DNA of 64,000 nucleotides. Source: Neocallimastix sp. 'constans'. Lineage: Eukaryota. A model generated the notes under the pieces. It was not told the DNA's origin and ran no database searches. It was given only the letters and a program-made list of their open reading frames with translations. Of the stretch, positions 12,790 through 28,377 are shown piece by piece. The DNA lies in contig JBODTK010000115.1 of assembly GCA_050613775.1 (NCBI GenBank), forward strand, positions 248,001-312,000. The letters run 5' to 3'. Made by a program: the position numbers and the translations under genes. Numbering within the stretch: the first letter of the stretch is position 1; every line of letters starts with the position of its first letter.

Positions 12790-15700
12790 TTAGTTATTTA
12801 TTGAAGTTTTAATTGGAACCGGCCAATAAACAGTACGTTGGAATGGATAGTTCGGTAACTCAATCTTATGAACTGAACATGATTTTTGAGCATTGAATTC
12901 TTTCCAATTAATATTTTGTCCATTATTGTATTGATTCATAATGAATTGATCAATTAAATTTTTCTTTGTGCCATCAAAGAATTTAATAATATTAAGTGAT
13001 TGACATCTAGAAATTATATCTTGATTACCATCCATACTAAAGAGTGTCATGTTCCTACTCTTTTGAATATATTTGTCAACAAAGGATTGATAATTCTTCA
13101 TTTCATTCATATTTTTCACAATGGTAGAAAGATCTTCTAAGGAAAGCATATCTCCCTTCTTGAATTCCTTTTCAATTGATGAAATGAAGACAGTCTTTTT
13201 AAATTTTGGTATTTCTTGTTTTTCATACCATGATGAAATATTATTTTCGATACTTGATTGAATTAATGAAATAGCAGAATTGAGAGATAATCCTCCACTA
13301 AGAACTAAACTAATCATTTCACCAAATCCAAATCCTCCATATATAATTTTATTACGATTATTCTTTTTCATTACTGATTCCATAAATTATTGTAAACTGT
13401 AATAGAAGGAAAGAGTAAAGAGTTGAGTCATAACATTATCATTTGTATTCTTTTCTTCTATCATCCGTTTTAAGGAAGCATCTTCAACGTTCTTTTGAAT
13501 CTCAGATTCACAAGTTTCGAAGGCAGCCTTGAAAATATTTTTAGTAGATAAAAGTTCCTTGACCGTTTCATAGACTTTAGCTGGTATACGAATATTGGAA
13601 GCGTTTTCAGCATAAATTTCAAGATTTTGAGAAATACCACTTCCATTATTAATAACTTTCTTGGTCATAGATTCACTATCATCAATAGTTTTTATTGACT
13701 TTTCAAGAGCATTACAAAGTTTACTTGCATTATTACCACTAACTACAATTCTATAATCGAAATGTTGACGACCATTATTTGAGGTGTAACAGAGATCTTC
13801 AATATTTTCTTCATTATCATCCATGCCTTCAAGGACATTTATATAATTCTCGCATAATTCATTCAAAGCGGCTGGAGTTTTAGCACTAATGGTTAAGATG
13901 TGATCTTCCTCACTATCCTTATTCTTTTTAACATCCTCCTCCTTTCCATTTTCTGGAATGTATTCTTGAAGAATGATATGAACAATACTACCTTGTAAAC
14001 CAAAGGAAGATACTTGAGCAATACGTGGTTTATTATCGTGCGTTTCCCATGGCATGTTCTTGGTAGCAATTTGAATTGGAACGGAATGAACATCAATTTC
14101 TGGATTAAGAGTATTGAAATGTAAATTCTTTGGAATATATTTATGTTGCATAGCTAAGATGACTTTAGCCATACCAGCTAAACCCGTGACTTCACAAGTA
14201 TGACCAATATTCGTTTTAACACTACCAATTACCAATGGATTTTCTTTGGTATGGCTACCAGCATAAACTTTATTAATGGATTTAGCATTATTAATGGCAC
14301 CTGGTAAACGAAGAGCCATACCAATAACGGCAACTTTTTCAACCATTTTTGTTTCCTTTAATGATTTTGGAATGAACTCTTTCAATTTATAATTGCAACC
14401 AATGATATATTTGGCTAAATCAATGGTAGTACCGTAGTTAAAAAAGGTAGATGGAGAAATTTCTTTTTTAGTTTTTCTATTTAAGATATTAGTTAATTTT
14501 CTCGTATTGAGAGAATCAACACTATACATCGTGAATGAAGCATTGACATTGAAATCTTCAAAATATGGAGTAGAAGGAATAATTTCCTTAATAAATTCAT
14601 AAATAATCTTTACAGCTTTCTGAATTTTATCGTCAATTTCTTCCTAAGATTTTGTAATCTTTGATTCTATACTTTCAGTATCCTTTTCAGTATCTTTTTT
14701 AGTGTTTACTTCTGTGTCCTTTTCAGTAATATTTTTTGTATTATCTTCAGTTTCTTTTTCAATTGAAGTAATATCTTTCTTCTTCTTTTCTGTATCAACT
14801 TCTGATTCCGGAGTAGATATGGATTTCATTTCTTTAATGTTTTCTTCCTCTTCAGTTTCATTTTCATTTTCATTTTCATCTTCATCTTCATCTTCATCTT
14901 CCTCAATTTCAGTAATTTCACCATTAATAAGTTTTACAATTTTCTTCAAAACATAAGAATATTCTAAACGGGCAACTCTTCTAGCAAGAGAACCTTTACC
15001 AGTAACGGGGAATTTTTTACCATAGTCAACGACCACAATATTATTGATGGTAAGTTGTTTAGTCCAAATATTTAAACTCTTAGAACTGCTCTCTAAAACA
15101 CCAAAGATACTATTCCAGGTTTGTTTTTGAGCAATTTTTCGAAGATAAATTTTTTCCTTTTTAGTTAGACTCTCTGGATTAATAGTATCATCAAATGGTT
15201 TTCCATCTTTCATAATAATGTTAGACCAACCGGTTCAATGAAACAAACTACTTCATTTTGAGTATCATCTAAGAGAAGACAACAATACTTGATATCTTTA
15301 CAATCTTGAGTAATGGCTTCTTCAAATGGAAGTGGATTCATCTTTAAACCAGTGGCAAAAGCTAAAACATCATCCGCTCTTGAAACATACTTATATTTTC
15401 CTGATTTTGGACTACGAATCCAAATATCGTTAGTCTTATAGAATCTTAAACCGTCAATCACGGTGAAAAGTTCATCAGTTTCCACATCAGTACGAATACC
15501 TGGAAGTGGAGAATCATAGAATTCACCCCTTTCAGCTTTTCTAGCATAACCAGAAATCATGAGAGAAGAATGTGTATATAATTCCCCAATATTTGGATTT
15601 TTCTCATCTAATGGTTTTAAATAGATATCATGCCATGGAACTTTTGTTAAGTAACCTTCTTCTCCTGGAAGCGTTTCGGTTAAAACATCATCGTACATCA

Positions 15701-15919
15701 TTAAACCTGCTTCTGATGAACCATATTTATTAACGATAATAGTATCTAATTCATCCTTAAACCATTTAGCAATTGCTTCACTTAATGGAGATCCACTGAC
15801 TCCAAAATAAAATTTTTCTCTAGAGGAAATGAATTCTCTCCAAACTGGACATCTTGGATGATTTTCATCAAATAATCTTTTTATTTCGGTATACTTTAAT
15901 TTATATATATATATATATA

Positions 15920-15971
<52 letters not shown>

Positions 15972-16299
15972 AAATATGTAAATATATAAATATAAATATA
16001 ATAATATTAGCATTATATTATATATAGTATTAATTTTAATTATTAAAATTTTTAAATAATATAAAATAATAATAATAATAATAATAATAATATGAAATAT
16101 CATACATGGAATGGGAATAATAAAACACAGTCCGACTTCGTTTCCATAAGATCATCTAATAAATTTTCTGGAATGAAACCAATATCATATAATTGTTGAG
16201 TATGGTAAATGGTTGCACCTCCATTGGTAACAGCACTTGAATTAATCCATGAATTACCCATAGTGAAATAAAATGGAATACTATTAAAAATAATTAAAT

Positions 16300-16353
<54 letters not shown>

Positions 16354-16374
16354 GTAATAATAATAATAATAATA

Positions 16375-16414
<40 letters not shown>

Positions 16415-17632
16415 AATTTAGATTTAATGATAAAATTTATCAGGAAAAAAAAAAATAAAAAAAAAAATTTTTTTTCTCTTATTTTCATATTAAATTTTTT
16501 AGGCAGTATTTACTTTGCATAGGTGCTAAGATAAGGTTTGTTGGAATGAATTAAATAATTTTGGAAGGGTGTAGTATAGGTATGAGCATTAAATGGAACA
16601 AACTTCATTTCTAATATTATTATTATATATATTAATATAATAAATATTTTTTTTTTTTTGATTAATTTTGATACTTAAATTAATTATATAATTTTTAATC
16701 TTTAATTTTTTTTTTTAAAAAAAAAAAAAAGATACTTTTTATTTAATTAGTAGTTTATATTTACTTGAACATTGTCCATTCTTGATAATAGCTTGAGTAG
16801 ATGAAGATGTACCGTTAATTAATATAATATCTTCTTCTTTACCTTCACGTTTATAACATTTTCCTTCTAATTTAGCTTGAAGAATTTCTTCACAGAAATC
16901 CTTTTGATAAATAGAATGCATTAGTATACCACGAGGACCAGCACTTAAATTTAATTCATCTTCTTTTAATGGTCCCATGGCCAAATCCATTCGCCTCCTT
17001 CATCTAATGGTTTTTGTTTTTCATCATCATCATATATAATTAAATTTTTATCGTAAAACATCATTCGAATATCGAGCGTTCTAACCCAGAATTGTTTTAC
17101 ATCATTACCTAATTTTGGAGAGATGGAAACGACGGTACAACACATGTACCATAACGCAAAACAAATTAATTGATAATGAGGTATAGAACTACTTACAATG
17201 GCAACTCTACAAATGGAGGTAAATCAAATTTCTTCTTGAGAACATAAGCAGTTGCTTTAACTAAATCACCAAATTGACCAAAATTGATAGTTAACCAAGG
17301 AGATGGATAGTCTGGATGAGGTTCACCCTTAAATGGTAAACATAAAAGATTTTCTTTGGCAACAATCGCAATATTATCTGTATTTCCATTAAAACGTATA
17401 TCTAATTTTTCTTGAATAGTTTTTACTTTGTAAACTTTTAAACTATAATATCAATAAAAATAAAAATAAAAAAGTAAAAAAAAAAATATTTATATAATTT
17501 AACTTAAATAAAAAAGAAAAAAAATAATAATAGTAATAATAATAATAATAATTTATATGAATATCATAAATATTATCGCTACCATAACATTATTATATTT
17601 ATAAACTAGATAAAAAAAAAGAAATAACGATA

Positions 17633-17666
<34 letters not shown>

Positions 17667-17878
17667 TATTAATATTATAAATATTATCACCACTACCATA
17701 ACGTTATTAAATTTATAAAATCATAATAACAAAATAAAATAATAATAATAATAAAAATAATATATTTAATCTATTATTATTATTATCATTATATAAACTT
17801 ACGTATCAGGACTTTCCCCATGATAAAAAATGTCAGCTTCATCTATAGTTTTATCACTCCTATCAAAAGCTCTATCCA

Positions 17879-17879
<1 letters not shown>
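12790..17879 (-). pseudogene. Copy A: pseudogene of the A-T-KS-(degenerate AT) hybrid synthetase; exons 17879-17803, 17442-16765, 16610-16514, 16280-16106, 15893-12790
   Basis: Collinear with copy B, with identical intron positions and phases (exons 3 and 4 are 97 and 175 nt in both). Lesions: frameshifts near 17212, 16975 and 15230; nonsense codons at 14644-14646 (TAG for Gln) and 13387-13389 (TAA for Gln); in-frame loss of ~921 nt of KS at junction 14278/14277 (GAINNAKS|INKVY), removing DTACS and HGTGT. Confidence 0.9.
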
Positions 17880-17916
<37 letters not shown>

Positions 17917-18135
17917 TTCTTAAATAAATTATTATTTTATGTTATAATTGATTGTTGTTATTTACAAGTTAATATATTGTCTTATTACTTTATTATAATT
18001 ATTTCATGTATATCAATTTTTCTTGTTATATAAAATTTAATTCATTTTTATTGTTTTTTTATTTATATTTGGTAATAATATTTTATTAATATAAAAAAAC
18101 AATTTTAATTATGATATAAAATTATAGTTCTTAAA

Positions 18136-18193
<58 letters not shown>

Positions 18194-19445
18194 GACGTAG
18201 TTTTATTTAAAAATTTTAAATAAAAATGAAAGAATTATTGTTCTTTATCTTTTCAATTTACTTTTAAAAAATTTAAAAAAATAATAATAATAATAGTATT
18301 AAAATAATTAAAAATAAAAATAATTATTAAAAGTTACAGAAGATTATGTACACTTTATATTAGAATTAGAAAAAAAAAAAAAATTTTTTTTTTTTATTAA
18401 ATGAAAATTCCAGTTAATATTAAATAAAAGTATAAATTTAACTATATATAAAAAAAAAAAAAATTAAATGAAATTTAATTAATATATAGTATTAATTAAT
18501 AATAAATTTAAAATATAATTTTATATTCCAAAAAAAAAATATCTATATGAAATTAAATCTAAAAATCATTTAAACTTTAAAAAAGGCTTTTTTTCTTTTT
18601 TTTTTTTATAGTGAAATTTAATTTATTCCATTATGAACTATAATAATCATAAAAAATAATTAGATATTAAATAAAATAGTATATATATATATTTTTTATG
18701 TGATATTTACATATTTTTATTGGTGTATTAATTGATATTATTCCTTTATCATCAATAATTATAATACTAATTAAAAGTATAAATTATGAATAAAAAAGAA
18801 AAAAAATATGAAAACTGTTTTTAGTTATATAATTAAATTATAGTTACTAAATTGAATTACACAGAAACTTTAATAATAATAAAAAAGAAGAAAGAAAATA
18901 CAAAAAGAGTTTGTTTGAGTATTAGCTTTCTGCTTATAAATTTATTTATTTAAATTTAATAATATAAAAAAAATAATAATAATAATAATTTCAAAAAGGA
19001 TAATAATAATAATAATAATCCTTTGAATCATAAAATTTAATTATTAAATATTCATAATAATAATAATAATAACAAATAATTAATAAATGATTTGATAAGT
19101 GATTTAATTTGATTTTTAATAATAATTAACAAATTAATTATTATTTTGAATAAAAATATTTAATTTGTGTAATAGTGGATTAATTTTTTAATTAAAACCC
19201 AAAAAGTCCAAAAAAAAAAATCAAATTAAAAATTATACAAACGTAACAAAGAATAAAAGCTTAATAAATAATATTTTCATATTTAGTGTATAATCATAAT
19301 ATTAATATATTTCATTATATTAAATATTTTAATTTATATACTTCATGTTTGCTATAAAACTTTAAAAATAATAGTAATAATAAAAACTTTTTTTTTAATT
19401 TTTTTTTTTTAAAAAAAAAGTATTATATAATAAATGAATTACATT

Positions 19446-20560
19446 GCTTAGTGAATTTTTTCATTTTCCTTTGATGGAAAAATAAATGATTTCTGAATTA
19501 TCTTCACCTGATTCTTCATAGAGTTCTTGTGAAATTAAATCGATTTTTAATTAGGTTCAGAATCAAATAAGAGAAAAGCTCTCTTAATAATAGCTTTAAT
19601 AGTATTATTTAATTCATTTTTTCTAATAGTTCTTTTTACCTTGCTTCCAAGCCATTCCATAATTAAGATTAGTATACATATGTCCATTACAATATCCAAA
19701 GCAACCTTCAGAATCTCACCCCCAACCTCCAATGGTTTTTTTTGGAATGAACGTTCAAATTGATTTCTTTTTTTAAAGTAAATTATTTCTTAAGTATAAT
19801 GAGTGCCCCTAAAATATAGATGATTCCAATTCTATAGTTTCCAGGTTATTAGCCTCATTATTTTGAAAAATTAAATTTAACTTAGCTAAAGTATCTGAAT
19901 GACTTTTTCTTTTTAATGATTTTAATTTTTTTTTCCTATCATTTCCTTTGTCTCCATTAATGGCTTTCCTATTTTATTACCATAAAAACTATTTATACCA
20001 TTATTGGGAAAAGAAATATAACCCTAATGAATTAATATAGAATCTAATTATTTTTTATTTAACCACTCCTTGATATATAACTTAATTCTTTTTTTGTAAT
20101 TTCAATTTCCAAATTTTATCTGTCAGAAAGACTTTTAAATAAAACAAATATATATCCTATACTTCTTTTCTTTTATCTCTATTTTTGATTAATATCTTTA
20201 ATATCATTAATATATAATTCATTTTTCATTCGTTTTTTTCTTATCATTTTGCTCTTCTTCTTCTTCTTTTTTTTCGTTTCAATAATCATTTTTAAAAATT
20301 TTGAAAAAGTTAATTTCTTTGATAATAAACTTCCTCCAAGTACTTTTTCTTATCCTTTAAAATATTTTCAATTCTACCTTTGATAATTGCAATTAATAAT
20401 CTTATATTATTATCATATATCTCTTGAACTCTTTCAAACTCCTCTTTATCGTTTTTTTTTTTTTTTTTTTAAATTTTTTTTATATAAGACATCAAATTTG
20501 GTATTAAACGAAAAATTTTTGTTTATTCATAATTCATACCACATAAAAATATACGTACGT
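19446..20560 (-). pseudogene. Heavily degraded coding-like relic of unknown family
   Basis: Higher sequence complexity than the flanks. Short protein-like minus-strand stretches (KPLEVGGEILKVALDIVMDICIL...KAIIKRAFLLFDSEPN) are broken by many stops. No family recognised. Confidence 0.3.
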
Positions 20561-21356
20561 ACATAATTTAGTAATGTTTCATAATACATACTAATTTATG
20601 TTCAATATTGCAAAGAAATTTTATGAATAGTTAATTTTTTATCTTTTTAAAATATTTTACTTCTTGTTTAAATTGATTAGAAAGTTTTATATATAAATAT
20701 ATATATATAATAAATATTATTTATTTTTTTATCAAAAATATATATGTATATATATAATAAGTTTAATAATAATAATAACAATAATAATAATAATAATAAT
20801 AGTTTTATAAATTACAACCTATGTTAAATAGTTCAAAAGATAATAAATAGTTTCTACAGACGACAAAAGTAATAAATTTTTTTAGGTCCAAATGTTTTTT
20901 TTTTTTTTTTTTTTTTCAAAAAATTTAAGTTCCAACAATTTTAAGTTCCAAAAAATTTTAAAATCCAAAAAATTTTAGTTTCAAAAAATCAATAATAATA
21001 ATAATATTGTTATTATTATTAATTATAATTCTATGTTATAGTTCCAAAAATAATAGAAAGTTACTGAAGTCGACAATAATAATAAATTTTTTTAGGTCCA
21101 AAAGCTGTTTTTCCAAAAAATTTAAGTTCCAAAAAAAATTTAGTTTCAAAAAATTCATTAATTATAATAATAATAATAATAATACATAATTTTATAAATT
21201 ACAATCTTATGTTAATTAGTTCCAAAAATACTAAAAGGTTTCTGAAGAAGAAAATAATAATAAATTTTTTTATGTCCAAAAGTTCTTTTTCAAAAAATAA
21301 AAGTTCCAACATTTTTAAATTCCAAAAAAGTTTAGCTCATAAAAATCAATAATAAC

Positions 21357-21390
<34 letters not shown>

Positions 21391-21532
21391 GTTTTATAAA
21401 TTACAATTCTATGTTAAGTAGTTCCAAAATAATAAAAAATTTCCAAAGACGACAATAATAATAAATTTTTTATGTCCAAAAGTTGTTTTTCCAAAAATTT
21501 TAAGTTCCAATAAATTTTAGTTTTAAAAAATC

Positions 21533-21567
<35 letters not shown>

Positions 21568-21768
21568 TAATTATAATTCTATGTTATATAGTTACAAAAA
21601 TAATAAAAAGTTACTGAAGACAACAAAAGTGATAAATTTTTTTTAGGTCCAAAAGTTGTTTTTCCAAAAAAAATTAAGTTCCAAAAGAAATTTAGTTTCA
21701 AAAAATCAATAATAATAATCCAAAAATTTAAGTTCCAAAAATTTTTAGTTTCAAAAAATCCATTAATT

Positions 21769-21808
<40 letters not shown>

Positions 21809-22301
21809 GTTTTATAAGTTACAATTCTATATTAAATAGTTCCAAAAATAATAAAATGTTTCTAAAAAAGAAAATAATAATAAAATTTTTTTAAAGTCCA
21901 AAAAGTTGTTTTTCCAAAATATTTAAGTTCCAAAAAAATTTTAGTTTCAGAAAATTCATTAATTATAATAATAATAATAATAAATAATTTTATAAATTAC
22001 AATTCTATGTTAAATAGTTCCAAAATAATAAAAAATTTCTAAAGACGACATTAATAATAAAATTTTTTATGTCCAAAAGCTGTTTTTCCAAAAAATTTAA
22101 GTTCCAATATTAATAATAATAATATTATTATTATTATTATAAATTATAATTTTATGATATATAGTTCCAAAAATAATAGAAAGTTACTGAATTCGTCAAT
22201 AATAATAAATTTTTTTAGGTCCTAAAGTTCTTTTTCAAAAAATAAAAGTTCCAACATTTTTAAATTCCAAAAAATTTTAGCTCAAAAAAATCAATAATAA
22301 C

Positions 22302-22374
<73 letters not shown>

Positions 22375-23470
22375 GTTTTATAAATTACAATTCTATGTTA
22401 AGTAGTTCCAAAATAATGAAAAGTTACTGAAGACGACAATAATAATAAACTTTTTTATGTCCAAAAGTTGTTTTTCCAAAAAATTTAAGTTCCAATATTA
22501 ATAACATTATTATTATTATAAATTATAATTTTATGATATATATATATATAGTTCAAAAGATAATAAAAAGTTACTGAAGACGACAAAAGTAATAAGTTTT
22601 TTTAGGTCCAAAAGTTCTTTTTCAAAAAATAAAAGTTCCAACATTTTAAATTCCAAAAAATTTTAGCTCAAAAATATCAATAATAACAATAATAATAATA
22701 ATAATAATAATAATAGTTTTATAAATTACAATTCTATGTTAAGTAGTTCCAAAATAATGAAAAGTCACTGAAGACGACAATAATAATAAACTTTTTTATG
22801 TCCAAAAGTTGTTTTTCCAAAAAATTTAAGTTCCAATATTAATAACATTATTATTATTATTATTAATTATAATTCTATGTTATAGTTCCAAAAATAATAA
22901 AAAGTTACTGAAGTTGACAATAATAATAAAAATTTTTAGGTCCAAAAGTTCTTTTTCAGAAAATTTAAGTTCCAATATTAATAATAATAATATTATTATT
23001 ATAAATTATAATTATATGTTATATAGTCCCAAAAATAATAGAAAGTTACTGAAGTCGACAATAATAATATATTTTTTTAGGTCCAAAAGTTGTTTTTCCA
23101 AAATATTTTAAGTTCCAAAAATTTTAGTATAAAAAATTCAAAAATAAAAATAGCAACAGTTTTATAAATTATAATTCTATGTTAAATAGTTCCATACTAA
23201 TGAGAAATTACTGAAGACAACAATAATAATAAATCTTTTATGTCTAAAAGTTGTTTTTCCAAAAAATTTAAGTTCCAATAAAATTTAGTTTCCAAAAATC
23301 AATAATAATAACATTATTATTATTATTATTAATTATAATTCTATGTTATATAGTTCCAAAAAATAATAAAAAGTTACTGAAGACGACAAAAGTAATAAAT
23401 TTTTTTATGTCCAAAAGTTGTTTTTTCAAAAAATTTAAATTCCAAAAAAAAAATTTAGTTTCAAAAAATC

Positions 23471-23522
<52 letters not shown>

Positions 23523-24141
23523 GATTTTATAAATTACAATTCTATGTTAAATAGTTCCAAAATAATAAAAAATTTCTAAAGACGACATTAATAATAAATT
23601 TTTTATGTCCAAAAGTTGTTTTTCCAAAAATTTTAAGTTCCAAATAAATTTTAGCTTTAAAAAAATTTAATAATAATAATAATATTTTACAAATTATTAT
23701 ACATGTTAAATAGTTCAAAAGATAATAAAAAGTTTCTATAGACGACGAAATTAATAAATTTTTTTATGTCCAAATCTTTTTTTTTCAAAAAATTTAAGTT
23801 CCGGCAAATTTAAGTTCCAAAAAATTTTAGTATAAAAAAATTCAATAATAAAAATAACAACAGTTTTATAAATTACAATTCTATGTTAAATAGTTCCAAA
23901 ATAATAAAAAATTTCTAAAGACGACATTAATAATAAATTTTTTTATGTCCAAAAGTTGTTTTTCCAAAAAATTTAAGTTCAATAAAATTTAGTTTCCAAA
24001 AATCAATAATAATAACATTATTATTATTATTAATTATAATTCTATGTTATAGTTCCAAAAATAATAAAAAGTTACTGAAATTAACAATAATAATAAAATT
24101 TTTTAGGTCCAAAAGCTGTTTTTCCAAAAAATTAAAGTTCC

Positions 24142-24185
<44 letters not shown>

Positions 24186-24386
24186 AAATTATAATTCTAT
24201 GTTATATAGTTACAAAAATAATAAAAAGTTACTGAAGACAACAAAAGTGATAAATTTTTTTTAGGTCCAAAAGTTGTTTTTCCAAAAAAAATTAAGTACC
24301 AAAAGAAATTTAGTTTCAAAAAATCAATAATAATAATCCAAAAATTTAAGTTCCAAAAATTTTTAGTTTCAAAAAATCCATTAATT

Positions 24387-24425
<39 letters not shown>

Positions 24426-24563
24426 TATAATAATAATTATAATAATAATAATAATAATAATAATAATTATAATAATAATTATAATAATAATAATAATAAT
24501 AATAATAATTATAATAATAATTATAATAATAATAATAATAATAATAATAATTATAATAATAAT

Positions 24564-24597
<34 letters not shown>

Positions 24598-25055
24598 GCT
24601 TTATAAGTTACAATTCTATATTAAATAGTTCCAAAAATAATAAAATGTTTCTAAAAAAGAAAATAATAATAAAATTTTTTTAAAGTCCAAAAAGTTGTTT
24701 TTCCAAAATATTTAAGTTCCAAAAAAATTTTAGTTTCAGAAAATTCATTAATTATAATAATAATAATAATAAATAATTTTACAAATTACAATTCTATGTT
24801 AAATAGTTCCAAAATAATAAAAAATTTCTAAAGACGACATTAATAATAAATTTTTTTATGTCCAAAAGTTGTTTTTCCAAAAAATTTAAGTTCAATAAAA
24901 TTTAGTTTCCAAAAATCAATAATAATAACATTATTATTATTATTAATTATAATTCTATGTTATAGTTCCAAAAATAATAAAAAGTTACTGAAATTAACAA
25001 TAATAATAAAATTTTTTAGGTCCAAAAGCTGTTTTTCCAAAAAATTAAAGTTCCA

Positions 25056-25102
<47 letters not shown>

Positions 25103-25302
25103 AATTATAATTCTATGTTATATAGTTACAAAAATAATAAAAAGTTACTGAAGACAACAAAAGTGATAAATTTTTTTTAGGTCCAAAAGTTGTTTTTCCA
25201 AAAAAAATTAAGTTCCAAAAGAAATTTAGTTTCAAAAAATCAATAATAATAATCCAAAAATTTAAGTTCCAAAAATTTTTAGTTTCAAAAAATCCATTAA
25301 TT

Positions 25303-25338
<36 letters not shown>

Positions 25339-25434
25339 TATAATAATAATTATAATAATAATAATAATAATAATAATAATTATAATAATAATTATAATAA
25401 TAATAATAATAATAATAATAATTATAATAATAAT

Positions 25435-25471
<37 letters not shown>

Positions 25472-25773
25472 GTTTTATAAGTTACAATTCTATATTAAAT
25501 AGTTCCAAAAATAATAAAATGTTTCTAAAAAAGAAAATAATAATTAAATTTTTTTAAAGTCCAAAAAGTTGTTTTTCCAAAATATTTAAGTTCCAAAAAA
25601 ATTTTAGTTTCAGAAAATTCATTAATTATAATAATAATAGTAATAAATAATTTTACAAATTACAATTCTATGTTAAATAGTTCCAAAATAATAAAAAATT
25701 TCTAAAGACGACATTAATAATAAACTTTTTTATTTCCAAAAGCTTTTTTTCCAAAAAATTTAAGTTCCAATAT

Positions 25774-25806
<33 letters not shown>

Positions 25807-25968
25807 AAATTATAATTTTATGATATATAGTTCCAAAAATAATAGAAAGTTACTGAAGTCGACAATAATAATATATTTTTTTAGGTCCAAAAGTTCTTTT
25901 GCAAAAAATAAAAACTCCATCAATTTTAAATTCCAATTAAATTTTAGCTCAAAAAAATCAATAATAAC

Positions 25969-26040
<72 letters not shown>

Positions 26041-27399
26041 TTTTATAAATTACATTTCTATGTTAAATAGTTCCAAAATAATAAAAAATTTCTAAAGACA
26101 ACAGTAATAATATAAGTTTTTTTTTAAGTCCAAAAGTTCTTTTTCAAAAAATAAAAGTTCTAACATTTTTAAATTCCAAAAAATTTTAGTTTCAAAATAT
26201 TCATTAATTATAATAATAATAATAAAAATAATAATAATAAATAATTTTATAAATTACGTTTCTATGTTAAATAATTCCAAACTAATGAGAAATTACTGAA
26301 GTCGACAATAATAATAAATTTTTTTAGGTCCAAAAGTTCTTTTACAAAAAATAAAAACTCCATCAATTTTAAATTCCAATTAAATTTTAGTTTTAAAAAA
26401 AAACAATAATAATAATAATAATATTTTACAAATTATTATACATGTTAAATAGTTCCAAAATAATAAAAAATTTCTAAAGACGACATTAATAATAAATTTT
26501 TTTATGTCCAAAAGTTGTTTTTCAAAAAATTTAAGTTATAACAATTTTAATTTCCAAATAAATTTTAGTTTTAAAAAAATTCAATAATAATAATATTATT
26601 ATTATTACTATAAATTATAATTCTATGCTATATAGTTCCAAAAATGATAAAATGTTTCTAAAAAAGACAATAATAATAAATTTTTTTAAGTCCAAAAGTT
26701 ATTTTTCAAAAAATAAAAGTTCTAACATTTTTAAATTCCAAAAAATTTTAGTTCAAAAAAATTAATAATAACAATAATAATAATAATAATTGTTAAGTAG
26801 TTCCAAAATAATGAAAAGATACTGAAGACGACAATAATAATAAATTTTTTTAGGTCCAAAAGTTCTTTTGCAAAAAATAAAAGCTCCAACAATTTTAAAT
26901 TCCAAATAAATTTTAGTTTTAAAAAGAATCAATAATAATAATAACATCTTACAAACTATTATACATGTTATATAGTTCAAAAGATAATAAAAAGTTTCTA
27001 TAGACGACAAAAGTAATACATTTTTTTAGGTCCAAATGTTTTTTTTTTTTCAAAAAATTTAAGTTCTAACAATTTTAATAAAAATAGTAACAATTTTATA
27101 AATTACAATTCTATGTTAAATAGTTCCAAAATAATAAAAAATTTCTAAAGACGACAATAATAATAAATTTTTTTAAGTCCAAAAGTTATTTTTCAAAAAA
27201 TAAAAGTTCTAACATTTTTAAATTCCAAAAAATTTTAGTTCAAAAAAATTAATAATAACAATAATAATAATAATAATTGTTAAGTAGTTCCAAAATAATG
27301 AAAAGATACTGAAGACGACAATAATAATAAATTTTTTTAGGTCCAAAAGTTCTTTTTCAAAAAATAAAAGTTCCAAAATTTTTTAATTCCAAAAAATTT

Positions 27400-28343
27400 T
27401 AGCTCAAAAAAATCAATAATAATAAAAAATTTCTAAAGACAACAATAATAATAAATTTTTTTATGTTCAAAAGTTGTTTTTCCAAAAAATTTAAGTTCCA
27501 AAAAAAATTTAGTTTCAAAAAATCAATAATAACAATAATATTTTACAAATTATTATACATGTTATATAGTTACAAAAATAATAAAATGTTACTGAAGACA
27601 ACAGTAATAATAAGTTTTTTTTAAGTCCAAAAGTTCTTTTTCAAAAAATTTAAGTTCCAATATTTTTAAATTCCAAAATATTTTAGCTCAAAAAAATCAA
27701 TAACAACAACAACAACAATAATAATAATAATAATAATAATAATAGTTTTATAAATTACAATTCTATGTTAAGTAGTTCCAAAATAATGAAAAGTTACTGA
27801 AGACGACAATAATAATAAACTTTTTTATGTCCAAAAGTTGTTTTTCCCAAAAATTTAAGTTCCAATATTAATTATAAAATTATTATCACTATAAATTATA
27901 ATTTTATGTTATATAGTTCCAAAAATAATAAAAGTTAACTGAAGACGACAAAAGTAATAAATTTTTTTATGTCCAGAATTTCTTTTTCAAAAAATAAAAG
28001 TTCCAACATTTTTTAATTCCAAAAAATTTTAGCTCAAAAAAATCAATAATAATAAAAAATTTCTAAAGACAACAATAATAATAAATTTTTTTATGTTCAA
28101 AAGTTGTTTTTCCAAAAAATTTAAGTTCCAAAAAAAATTTAGTTTCAAAAAATCAATAATAACAATAATATTTTACAAATTATTATACATGTTATATAGT
28201 TACAAAAATAATAAAATGTTACTGAAGACAACAGTAATAATAAGTTTTTTTTAAGTCCAAAAGTTCTTTTTCAAAAAATTTAAGTTCCAATATTTTTAAA
28301 TTCCAAAATATTTTAGCTCAAAAAAATCAATAACAACAACAAC

Positions 28344-28377
<34 letters not shown>

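Noticed and set aside
12790..17879. Idea that copy A is an intact gene broken only by sequencing errors, or several separate small genes
   Set aside because: Some frameshifts could be homopolymer errors, but two nonsense substitutions and a 921-nt catalytic-core deletion cannot. The ORF pieces are collinear with one gene.
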